Origin: Botryllus schlosseri
Taxonomy: Eukaryota
Reading direction: 5' to 3'
Assembly: GCA_051294905.1 (NCBI GenBank)
Contig: CM119378.1
Location: 7,192,001-7,256,000, forward strand
DNA: 64,000 nucleotides
Below, piece after piece: positions 25,591 through 38,200 of the stretch (positions are counted from its first letter, which is position 1; each line of letters opens with the position of its first letter). The translations under genes were made by a program, and so were the position numbers. The notes beneath the pieces were generated by a model. That model was not told the DNA's origin and made no database searches. It saw nothing but the letters and a program-made list of their open reading frames with translations.

Positions 25591-26169
25591 TTATAATTAG
25601 GGTGATCCAAACCTTGGCCCGCGGGGCGCGATGACAGTTGCCGTTGCCATTTACCAGGCCACTCGTTGCGATTTACACGAAAATTTGCCAGCCCTCGTAT
25701 ACATCCTTACTGTAGCCTACTTGTGGGTGGAATAAATTAGGTCTCACCCGAGGAATATATTTTCACAAATAGATTTGTCACGGGACGCGGATTACATCAC
25801 TGAAGCGTTGATGACTACTCCGACGGGGTGTGGCGAGATATCGTAGTGGTATAATCCACAGCTGCGACACCAATGGCTTGCTGGTTCAAGCCCGACCAAT
25901 GTCGACTCCAGAATGTCTACCTAAGTGTTGGGGGCTTAGGCTACGCTCCTCCTCATAATCATATCCGTGTAAGCGGTGTCGTATAAAAGCCTAGAAGTGG
26001 GCCGTGCGACAAGTCGGCAGCTACGGAAAAAGAATGAAGAAAATTGCCCTGGTGTAGATGACCATAGTAGTCGACAAACACCATGAATACCGCAAACAAC
26101 AACAACTGCTCCGAATGGTTAACTTTTCTTTAGTGCGCTTGTGAATGATCATGATCATTCGTGTTGATT

Positions 26170-26574
26170 AACATAACATAACATAACATGGTTGGGTTGT
26201 ATTTTTTATCTGAACAAGTCACACACAATGTACAATGCGATAAGACGCAATGCGATGTCATGAACAGATAGGAGGATGTCGAACGACACGCATCAGTAGC
26301 GATCCTTTACTCTAACATCCACCTCGGCCTAGAGTGCCCGATGTCACAGCTCTTTTTCGATGTTGATCTCTTTTGAAGCCGCGACCCTTTCTACTAGTTC
26401 TTTCCATTCATTGTGACTTGTGAGTGCCTTCTTTCGTCGGGTCTTTGTCTGGGCTTTTTTGTCGCCGTAAGAACGGCAACGGCAGGGGAAGAGGAGCCCA
26501 GATAAACCTCCGACGGGAATCGAACCCGATCCGTCTGCGTGCTGGGCGCTTATCGTAACCACTACACTATCTGC
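26170..26574 (-). mobile_element. Full-length tRNA-derived SINE with LINE-like tail and (TTATG)n end
   Basis: A-box TAGTGTAGTGG (26569-26559), B-box GGTTCGATTCC (26526-26516), a unique body, a tail similar to the local LINE 3' UTR, and a tandem tail at 26170-26189. Confidence 0.75.
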
Positions 26575-28523
26575 TTCTTAACCCTTTTTCAGCCTGCGCC
26601 CCTTTCGAGAAATTTTCTTGGTCTGAATGGCGCCCCTATATTATAAGGGTTGTAGGCCTACTAAAGACTATATGCATGGTAAAACTGGAAGTTCTGTCAT
26701 ACGGGGTTTGGACTTGACCATAGGAAATGTTTCGCGCTTGAATCGTTACCGATTACCAACCAACTAATTAACGACCTAATTATTGTGCGTACTATTTTCA
26801 TGACCATGTGAAGGACACAGTATAGCTACGCTCAGGAAGCAAGTACCCCACAATTTACATGAATTATTATAATAAGTACTGCAACCGTGAAAACATGGCA
26901 TACGTCGCGCGAAGCGCGTTAAAAAATTCGGAGATTTGATAAATTTTGTCTAAATTAAATTTATAACGCTAACTCAGTAGTATGCAGAACAACAGTTCTA
27001 CTATGGAACTATGCATCCATAGAAGAACTATACTACACCATCTATAGGCTACAGCTATACGCTATGCCTTTACGGCGCCCCAGCGCCCTCATATCTCCCC
27101 CTCGTGTCATCGCCCCCTTCAAAATCCGAATCGCCCCCTGGTACAAGGATAAAAACCACTAAATTAAAACATCGCGCTCGTGAAGTACTTGATTGGATTT
27201 CGATCTTATTCTGAAGCAATATTATTTGCCTTCGATGCTGTCGTTTATCTTAGACTTGGCCGTTTTTCAGCCGCAAAGGCATGCTGTCAGATACCACAGG
27301 TGTAGACGAACCGCAACGTTTTACCAATCCTTTCGACGATTACGGACAGACCTTAAAACGGCCGCGACGACACACAGACAGCATATATACCCATCAGTAA
27401 GTAGCACAGTGCAGAGCTCAATCTGTTTGATTGTTTGTTGTATTCATGGTGTTTGTCGACTACTATGGTCAATTGGTCATATAGCCAACACCAGGCCAAT
27501 TTTCTTCATTTTTATTCCATATAGCTGCTGACTTGGTATGGCTCAATCTGAAGCCTTGATACAACTAGAGATGGTCAAAGTAGTCATCGTTGCTACTCAA
27601 TTAGAAGTAACGCCGTAGATTTCTACTGAGTTAGAAGTAGAAATAGCAATTTCAAAGTCATATTCAAACCACTTCAAGTAGAACTAGAATATGATAATCT
27701 TAAATGTACTCAAGTAGTTTCGAAAAGTAGTAAATAAGTTGATGGCTCGCACACATCTAGCCTCTGATCAGAGGTGGGCACTATCGAGATAGCAGGGCGC
27801 ATCTTCGCGAGTCGCGACTTAACAAAATGCCGATGACACTACAAACAGGTGCAACCTTCGAAAATATGTTCTTTGTTTAGTCACAGTGATACCAGGGCAC
27901 TTTCGACTAGTTGTGACAATTTCACTCATAAAAGTGTTGCAAGCACACCCCAAAACTACACTCGATAGTGTCAAATGTAAAGACTTTTGCGTACAGACTG
28001 TTCAGTAATAGCGGCATTATAGTTTAAGAACATAAGAAAGTGAGTGCAGGCAAAACCTACACTCGAAAAAGGTTGAAGCACTCCATTACTGACTACCTTG
28101 ACAAGATAGCATAATGGCGAATTGTCTGGCTTCGTGACCGGTAGGTCGTAGACGGTTCGATACCGACCGAGTCAGACCAAAGACCTGATTAGAAGGCCTA
28201 TATGCTAACACTGGTATAAACTATAAAATAAACTATATCCTTTCCTTTCGTTCCTTCTGACCGCAATATTGGTAGCATCGTCTCATCGCGTCCATAATCC
28301 GCTTACAGGGCTAACATCGCACTTCGATTAAAAGCTGCGTCTCTCAAGAGAAGATTTCTGCACAGAATCCTCTCGCAAAATCAAAGGTAAACGGAACAGA
28401 AGACCAGGCTTTGGATTAGAAATTTGTAATCGATGAAGCTATATTTTTCAGGACTCCACTCTACATTCGACGGATGCTCGCGAAATTCAGACTTTCACGC
28501 AACTAACAGAGCATCATTTCCTT

Positions 28524-28895
28524 TCGGGCTGGGCACAATGATCGAGTACTCGAATCTTAATCGAGTATTAATTCTAACAGTCCGAATAGTGAGAGATGAT
28601 TTTTTCTAGTACTGAATCATACGCGCCTTGCCAGTAAACGTTACAAGAACGTGATCCTGTGTAGCTCGTTTAGATTGTAAAATATCAGCAGTGACAAACG
28701 CTTTTGGACGCTATTCCACACACTAATGTCACATAAACCCAAACAATCGGTAACGGATACAGAACTGGTATAATATTCTTTCTGGTCGCATAGAAGGTGC
28801 ATATTTTAACTTCATTTGTACATTGATACTCGACCCGAAGCCTAATACTTGATTCAGAATCGAGCCACCCAGGTACTCGATTTCGCCCAGCCCTA
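28524..28895. mobile_element. Second copy of the TAGGGCTGGGC MITE family
   Basis: Same ends as 40595-41206 (gggctgggcacaatgatcgagtactcgaatc ... aggtactcgatttcgcccagcccta). TSD not preserved. Confidence 0.75.
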
Positions 28896-29020
28896 ATCAT
28901 TACACTCTTTTCTCATACTCGTTTCATGTTTACGTTTCTCTCGGATCTGCATATAAATATTTCTTACAAAAACCCCGTCCAAACGCAATGAAACATTCCG
29001 CCATCAGTCCAACGAAAGGA

Positions 29021-29026
29021 TTTATT
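29021..29026 (-). terminator. Poly(A) signal of CSTF3
   Basis: AATAAA on the minus strand about 240 nt after the stop codon. Confidence 0.65.
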
Positions 29027-29262
29027 ATTCAGATAAGCAAAACAATTCCGTTCGCGACACGCGAAGGAAAAACAATGTCGCGCTTCCAGACCCGCGCTGT
29101 CTCGCCGAAAACAGCAGCAGATAAGACAGCGCCATAAGAACTAGTCCAAATACACCACAGGCGTATTCGCATTTCGCAAGCGAGCAAGAACCACTCAGCG
29201 GCAAGCAGTAATCCATCCGGAGCCGGATTTCGCGCCATCCGGCACCAACAGCTCTTGCCAGA

Positions 29263-32200
29263 TCAGCGCACTCTTTTCTGCTGCCTAGACCTGTAGATAT
29301 CTTTCGACGGTGGGGCGCCCGGCGCGCCTGAAGGGGCTGGCTTGCCTTCGCCGTCCGAGTCGTCAGGGTTTGCGGGCCGCTTTACCCCCTTGGATAGGTT
29401 GAGCATGCGATGGGGGTCGTAATCGCCCGGGGCGGAATTGATTACCTGCAGCCATTCTTTATCTGAAAGGGGAGGTTATGAGGCGTCAGCAGAGGAGGTC
29501 AAGGTAGTCATCGTTCATACTCAAGCAGAAGTAACTTAAACGTTAATTTATACTCAAGTACAAATCAAAGTAGAGATTTACAAGTAAAAACGTCTTCGTC
29601 AAAATTGCTACTTTACCTAGTAATTGAGTGGAGATTTACACCATTAATTCTACTTCTAAACTGAGTAGTGAAGCTGACCACTTCGATCACGTCTGGACAG
29701 TGGACAATGGACATTCATGTTCGATCATGTCCAGTGTACATGTACATGTACACTGGTGGACAGTTGCGACATATTCCCTAAGGGGCAGGGGGAAGGAAAA
29801 TACAAGAAAAAGTGCCGGAAGAATCAAACGAAGTGCACGCACAAATCTAACAGCTTCTCAAGAGCAACTAATAGCGTCGCGCTAGTACTTGGCCAGACGG
29901 GGTTGAGGTAATTTCAACCTTGCGACATAGAGACAGATTGAAAGTAGCGAGAAATTGTTTGTTCGAAAAGTCGCTAGAATAAAACAAGACTGCCACCTAC
30001 CGTCGGGAACCTTCCACTCGCGAAACCGTTCCAGCAGCTCGTCCATAATCGGAAACGGCCCGTTGAAACAGTCGGGAGGCGGTAGTTGACGTAACAGCGC
30101 CCCGGCGGCTGGGGGCTCCGGGAATTCTCCGCCGGGAACCGGGTGCAACCCAGGTACTGAGGAAAGATTTTAGAAATTTTAAAATTTGAACTGCATTAAT
30201 TGGACACAACGCAATAAAATCAAAATATACAGGTAAAAGAGTCAGACATATGAAATAAACTTTAAGCTTAACTAAGTTGAAAATTCAGCCTAGATGCAAC
30301 TGATACAGTGTTAAAATAGCGGCAAAAGCAACATGTCATAAGTGACGTAATGCAATTACGTAATAACATCATGTGATAACATCTTGCAACTCCACACTAC
30401 GAATGATCAGCATTAATTTCGATTTTAGGCGGCATCTTGCTATTTTTGCGGGAAAATTTTATCGGCCTTGAAATAAAAACGGTCCGTAGACATATGATCA
30501 TTGATCAATGAGCAATGATCAATGAGCATACGACATGATAGCATGCGACATTGGAGCATGTGGGTTAAATTTCGAGTTAGGATATATAAGGGTAAATTTC
30601 AGGCATCGGGTTCGGGATGTGGGTTAGTTCAGGGGTTATAAAGTCACGTGCTCAAATGTCGCGCAACCAATAAAATACTAAAGGCGGAGATCATGAAGTT
30701 AGCTTATCCGGGAAAATGTTAATCGCGCGATTAAAAACTGTTTAGTGTTCATCTTGGCAACTTACTTCGTTGGATTAAAAATTTCACCAAACCACTCGGG
30801 ATGATCCTCGCGCGAAATCAACTTGATGCGTCACGATTAACAGTTTTAATCAGACGATTAGCATTCTCCCGGAAAATCTAACTTGTGATTTCCGGCCTAA
30901 GAGCTTCATTGACCTTTCCTGGACGGCTTAAAAGTATGGTACACCAGTTCAAAAACCGCTGCCCTAAAGCGTCAGCCAGAAACCAGTGACACTCATTACC
31001 TTGAAAAACATATTTAAGAAAAATGAAATAAATAATTACTCGGGTTGAATTTCGGTCGGTAAGGCAACATTTGAGCAAGATCCGGAACCGGCAGGCCCAC
31101 TCCTACTTGCGTATCGCGCTCTTCGTTAGGCTGATTTGACGAAGTCTCGTTCGAGGGTTGCATCGACGCTGACGCACCCGTCATCACGGTTCTGGCTCGG
31201 GAGTCCTATTAAAACACATAACAGATTCAATCAGACAGTATTTATGGTGTGGTCTCTTTAAAGAGTGTGCGACTGTGCGTACCTTGTATCCGATGCTTTT
31301 TAATTCCTCTGGCGTGCACGGGAACAAATCGAGAAACCGATATCTGAATGGTAAAAATTGAATACGCGTTTGGCATACATTAAAATCGTGACATAGAAAT
31401 CAGCGCACTTGCTCGCATAATATTCTACCTTGTGATATCATCATATGTTAAACATCGTTATCGTCAGACAACTCGAAGCTACAGACTATCCCGTGCGTGG
31501 CGTATCACTCTGTTAGCTCAACTCAGGGGTATGCAATTATATAGATCAGGATCATCTCGAACACGAGGGACGCGAGAAAAAATTTTGCGGCCCTGGCGAT
31601 TGTTTTCGTGCCAGGGGTGAATTGCTATACTAGTAAATCACATTTTCACGTTCGGTGCGGAATGTCAGTATGCGGGGTCCCGTCAAATAAGGCCTACTTG
31701 CGTACTTGGAAAGACATTGAATACCCCTAATATTGACGTGCTGTGGGCCGCGACGTCATCACAAACCAGAATATTGGTCCGCCATTACTTTTGAGTTTGA
31801 GACTGTCACTGATGTAGATACATATCTGCAAAAAGCAAGGTTAGTTATTCCCCATGAAGGCTAAATGATATTTGGGTGCCGCGGTGACAATAACGGTGGA
31901 TGTAAGGGGCCTTGAAACCGAGCGTGTTCGAATTCACTGAGAGCCTTTACTAAAGTTGGTCTGTATGTAATGAGAACGATTGATTACGTAGCTATCGAGC
32001 AGACAACAATCATTGCGAAACACATGGTTACTCGCAGGCTGCTATTGGAGAAAGCGCGCATCTAATCAGTAACTCTGACGTCGCACCGAGTTGCTCGCAA
32101 TGCGGCAATTGCTTGCTGATTGCAACGGTGTTTTGAGCAGCAGTGCTGCATTCCCAGATGATTAACGTTTGCGAAGACTTAGTAATTCTAATACCGACTA

Positions 32201-35200
32201 TGCGCCATGTGCGAAGGGATGAATTCCAATTACCAGGCATACACAATAAAACACTGTCGAACTTCGCACTCCTATATTAGGTATGATTGCCTGGGAATGC
32301 CGATGGGCGGAAATACAATTAATCTAGAGAAGGAAAACGTGTATTTCGCGTCGCGTTTTTATCCCCTCACGCTGCTTCGCCAACAGTACACATAATGATT
32401 ATTTTTTTCAAGTCGCGCAAATTGGTCATTGGCAAGCAGCATTGTGCTTACGATGGAATTGTGGGTAAACCTAGCATACTCAGGTTCATTGACTATAGAT
32501 AGCATCAGAAAAGAATCACGTAATGACGCGAAAGATTCCATCCTATCTCACCTGTCGACAAGGAGACACGTCGTCTTCTGATCGTACTCCTTCTTAAACG
32601 CTTCGAGCCGCCTCTTTTCGACCTTCAGCATCGACGACAGATCGCCCACGTTGCATTCAAACTCGAGATATTCGTCCCAGATTTTTCTGAAAGCGGTAAC
32701 TATACAGTTAGAGAACAAGTCCGAGGCTGAATCAATCACACCAATAACATACCCGGACTTGTCAGGCGGCAGACTACCGGACGTCAAGACCCGTTCGAAA
32801 AGCACGCGCGTGTTGTTGTCCTCTGTACGCGAAGTCGAAAAATGTAGACACACAGAAAACAAATGCGTCACGTCATCGCGAGAGACTCACCGTTTAAATG
32901 AGACATGTAGTCGATGTAGGCTAATAGATAGTCGGGCTCGTCTCCGAAGCGCTTCAGACCGAGCTCGAATATTTTGAACGCGATTTGCTTTTCCTGTAAT
33001 TGATCGGTTAAGGTGGTCACGGGCCAGTGGCGAAGTAATATAGGTAACTGTACTACTGACTCAGGAAGTGTTGTTATGTCACTTATACTTGAACATTGTT
33101 TACGTAAAACCAACTTTTTGAAATTTGTATTTTTAAAAGCAGTAGTTTCGAGTAGTTTGCATTAGAGGTCGACCGATATTGATTTTTGCAGGCCGATACC
33201 GATTATTATCGAGACCTTTACAAGGCCGATAACCGATAACATAGGCCGATATTACTATGGAAGGAACAGAGAGCCATTTCGCCAAAAAATATTATATATT
33301 AGGCAAGATGGCACTTATACATGCCTCAGTAAGGTGAACAACAAACGAGCTAACTGAAATTAAAAAGAGTTATTGCTGAATTGTGCAGTCATTGAAATTT
33401 GGGCTAACTGAAAAAGAAAACCGTGATGCAGAATTGCAGATCAGTCCAGTAGAGGTAGATTTTAGAGCAGGAACAGGAACCACGGTTTCTCTGCATAATC
33501 ACACAGTTAACCTTGTCCTGCAAGCGTAAATCTGTCACGTATCGCCCTTTGCGTCGTCGATTTCTTGAGATTGAGAACACGGAGCATCGAATTTCCAATA
33601 TTTTTGAATTTTTTTGATAAAAAATATCGGGCGCCCTATTGGCCTTCATAGGCCGATATCGATAACCGGGGGAGTTCCAAATATCGGCCTCGAATCGGTC
33701 GACCTCTAGTTGGCATCACTTTTCTGTTCGAAATTGTCCCATATCAGGGTAACTGATTACATTTACGAAGTCTCCACCGGGGCCTACGATATTAGGCTTC
33801 GGCTGCACCTATTAGTGCCAATGGTCACAAATGCACACTGCAATTTAAAAAGTAGTCACCTTTGATCAACTGCTAAAGGTATGCGACCAAATCTACTTTG
33901 AAACAACTTTGAGTAGTTTCCGATTTTTTATTACTTGAAGTACTTTTGGCATGTCTTTGAAATTGCTACTGCTAGTTGTAATTGAGTAAAAACGTATGGC
34001 TTCACTTCTACTTTAGTAGCGACGATGATTACTTTGTATACGACCCTTCGACCAAACCTACTTTTCAAACCATCATTTTTTACTTTCACTTAAAGCATGT
34101 TTGACTCGTCTTCAAAATCGTTAACTGTATTTGTAGTCAGTTTCACATTGGCACTAAGAGCGCACGCATGTTCCTACCTTCGTGCAGTAATACTCCATCA
34201 GCGCCGCCGCGACAAACACGTGATACCGCACTCTCTGGTCTTCCCGCGCTTTTTTGAACACCTGCCGGGCGACCTTGATTCCTTCGCCGCGCCGCGCGAA
34301 TTTCATGTACTGGATGTAAGTCTGTTGACGGAACAAGGGTGGTCAGCGACCGGGTCTTTCTTGCCCACATCGAGAAATGTACCCGCTACCATCGCCAGTC
34401 AGGGTTAACAGTATCTCGGGGCTGTCCGACAGTCGCCAAGTCCACATTCAAGTCGAAATACAAGCAATTTTCAATGAACAAATATTAGACTTTACGCAAG
34501 ATTACCGGACCTCGACCTGACATATCACCCTCGCCTATCGACACATGCGTCATTCATTTTCTTCCCTAGACGTTTTGTTATCCCTTATTTCTTTCCATCC
34601 AGTGTGCATGCCTTTTATTTACATCGCCTTGACCCATGTAATGTATGTGATTTCAAAGAATACTCCAACTCGTTTCGACACCTTCTTACATTTTCCTCGT
34701 ATCGCAATCTCGCGATACGATAAAACTATTAACAAAGTGATATTGAAGTAACCACGAACTCGTCAAAATTTATGGCTTTTGACGCGATCGTCAAAGGTGT
34801 TCTGCACGAAAGTTATAATTGGCGGGCTGCGCTATCTCCGAAGATCACAACTTTACATTCCTGCCCAGAGGTGGCTAGTTACGACGTACCTGCACTTCTG
34901 CTTCAAGTACATTTGTATACTTACACAAGTTCCTCAAGCAGTTTCTAGAATGGATCAGTATTAGGCATTACGGGATGGGGGTTAGGTTAGGACAGTGGTT
35001 CTTAAGCAGTCTCAAGGGTTCACCGGAGGTCTAAGGCACAAACCCGTCTCATACAGCAGAAGCAACACTGATTTGTCGTGAATATTCATTGCAGTCTTTT
35101 GCCTTGCGCGAAAATCAAGTTTTAATGGCTTTGTTCTATAAAAAATGTTGTTAATGCACATTTAATTTTATGCATCAGCATTGCGGAGTGTGTTAGATGT

Positions 35201-38200
35201 GTAATGCTACTTTTGTTTTTGTGGCTAGGCGGAAATTTGGGGTTGGCTAGGTTAGTAAACGTTAAGGACCGTTGGGTTAGGCGTTGGTTTGGGTTAGATA
35301 AGGTCAGGGCTATGAATGGTCCCACGATCACCTAACTCCAACACCAACACTAAACCAATCATGAACGCGTAGATCTCCGTAATGCATATATCGAGTTTCG
35401 CAGCAAAACACATCAGTTAACAATCAAACGATACACTATAAATCTGACATGTTCGCGTGGAACATTGATTGCTGACGGTCATAAGTACCGCCTCCCGACG
35501 GATGTAAGAAAGCACACTAGACCCGCGGCTGCCTACCAAAGTCTGGTCGATCTCCTTGCATTCAAGCAGTTTCTCATAGATGCTGTGGACTTTGTCAATT
35601 TTCATTCTGCCCTCTTCGAAATCCGCGTACGCAAAGTGAAGCAGCATGTTGTTACGCATCAAATTAGAAATGGCCCGCTCGTACATGGACGCGGCCTCGT
35701 CGGCAAGTACTTTGCTGCTGCTAGTGTCCTAAACAACGGGAAAGGTGCTTTACGAAGGCGTAGACTTGGCGGCAACCGCTGACGCTCATACCCCCTTGTC
35801 GCTCATTCGCTTGCTGCTTTCCACGAGATACTGGGCGGCTTCGTACCACACGTCGGGGTGCTGGCCGAGACAGAGCAGGCACTGTTCGTACGCGAACATC
35901 ACTGTAAAAGGATAGTTTCTAGTCACGCCTTTGGGTGGATGATGAAGATACAAGGATGCTATGCTGTGATGTCAGATTCGCGATCGTACCGAAAATATGG
36001 AAACGTTTACTCTATTTCCAGCAATCAGCTGCGTACAAGGATTGGCGATACTTGTTAGTTAGTATTCAACGGTGGTCCTGGTCAGTAACGATGTACTTCT
36101 ACTTGTTTCTGATAACTCAAATAGGATTTATCTACTTGCCATACTTACACAGAAATTTACAGCATTGCTTCAACTACTTGATTGGCAACATTGACTACTT
36201 TGACTAAATCAGATGTGTACTTTCAAGGATGTGAATCCCACTACTTTGACCACCTCTTAGCATTGTACTGACTATGCTGGATTCATATTATACATATATT
36301 GGCAGATTTAAGGCGGCACTTTATCTCTTACCACGCTTTGTTTGCAGATTCAAATCTTCCGTCCGCATCGGATTCTCTTTTTCCCATTCGATGTATTTTT
36401 TCCACAATGACACCTAAGCAGTTCGGCGTTACACTTCATTACAATCATATCAATCGCCGAAACCACCTACTTGTTTCATTTCTTCTTGGTTGGCGGGGTT
36501 AGGCGGCGTGGCCGGGTTGTTTTTCTGAAGGCCCCTGGTCATCGCCTCGAACTCTCTCGTCACCCTGCGGGCGCTGATGTAGCCGTGCGTGCGGTCGTCC
36601 ACCATTTTCTTTGCGATGATAGGATTGATGCTCTGCAAAAGTAATGGTATGACGTCCGGACTGATATCGACCTATGCAATCAGAGCAATGGCGACATTAC
36701 TCTGCCTTTATTTGTCATCTAGTTTGTGGGGGTGGTCAAAGTAGTTATGGTTCAAGCATAGAATAGAAATAATGCCGCAAATTGTAACGATTGCCAAGAC
36801 ATGTCAAAGGTACTTCAAGTGAGAGTAGAAAATGAAGATATGAAAACAAAAGTACTACAGTAAGTGGTCGTAAAAGTATTAAAGTAAGGGTCGCAGCCTT
36901 TTAGTAGTTAATCGGAGGTGACTGCTTTTGTGAATGTAGGGTGCATCTTCGCCACTCACGCAAAACGACGAATGACACTATCACACTAAGAACATATGCG
37001 ATTTTCGAAATAAATTCAGTTCTGCGGTAAAGGGGCTGCTTTGCCCAACTGGTGCGACGATTTCACCATAGTGTCCTATATGATGTGGACACAATACTAA
37101 ACTCCGTTACAATGCAACATTCGAGGCTGATTTTGGGGGGTTCCAGTGCCACGAGCATATTAAAATTTATATTTTCACAATCAGTACCGCGGTAGCTTTC
37201 GATTGATACACGTTTTATCAAATTTAATGCACGGCAAACCGGTCAAAAACTACCGTCAAATTGCTTTTAGCCAAATGTAAAGTGTATCGTAGACCAACTT
37301 CACTGAACAGTGAGATTTGCTTGTGTCCACAGCATAAAGGACACTATGATTTCACTTATAAAGGTGATCCAAACACACACCAAAACAACTACCTACTTTA
37401 CAAAATCCAAAATAATGAAGTAGTTTTGTCTAAAAAAAGTTAAGTAGATGTGGTAGTAGTCTAAAAACATAACCACTTGATTAAGTAGCGAAAGTAAGCC
37501 AATTATACCGAAAAATCAGAAAAATCAGAGCTATTTCTTTATTGACGACGTCTGGCAATATTCCTCCACTTAAAACTTCTGTAACATCTGAAGGTTATGA
37601 AGTGTATAACAAGATAACTACAAATCTTTGCATCCGCCCAAATTCTGCCAAACACCCGATGACCTCAACGCACCTGCTCATAGGCGTTGTACTCCCTCCA
37701 CAGTTGCTCTATATTCAGCATGGGATTGACGCAGCCTCGCTGGTACACACGTCGAACTGCGGTGATCCTTTGATTTTCCGCGTAAGAGCCCACGGCTTCA
37801 CTGCAATGCAAGACTTCGGCGTTACATCATGTTTACATAAGCAAAGCGAGCAAAGAACAACAGTGTGGAAAATACATTAAAACAGACGACGAAACACAAA
37901 TTGTAGAATCATAAACACGAAATATTCCGGAGACTTCCCCACATCGGATTCCTTACACGGATTTCAAGAAAGCAATGTAATCGGCCCAAAGCTGGTAAGA
38001 CATGATGTCCATTCCGATCTTTTCAATAGCAAAATCATAAGCCTGAGACATCTTCTCTCTGTAAAAAAAAACGGGTTAGTCAGTGAGTTTCTTCGACAGT
38101 GCGCTTAGCTAGCAAACCTGTACGAGGACAGCCCGCTCTTCGTTTCTTTGACGTAATTTAAGTAACATTTCCACAAGTCAATGTTGAGCACCTTCATTAG

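Noticed and set aside
26505-26574. tRNA gene candidate
   Set aside because: A and B boxes are present but I cannot form an acceptor stem, and the sequence runs into a SINE body, LINE-like tail and tandem tail. The same applies to the heads near 25830, 28100 and 49645.
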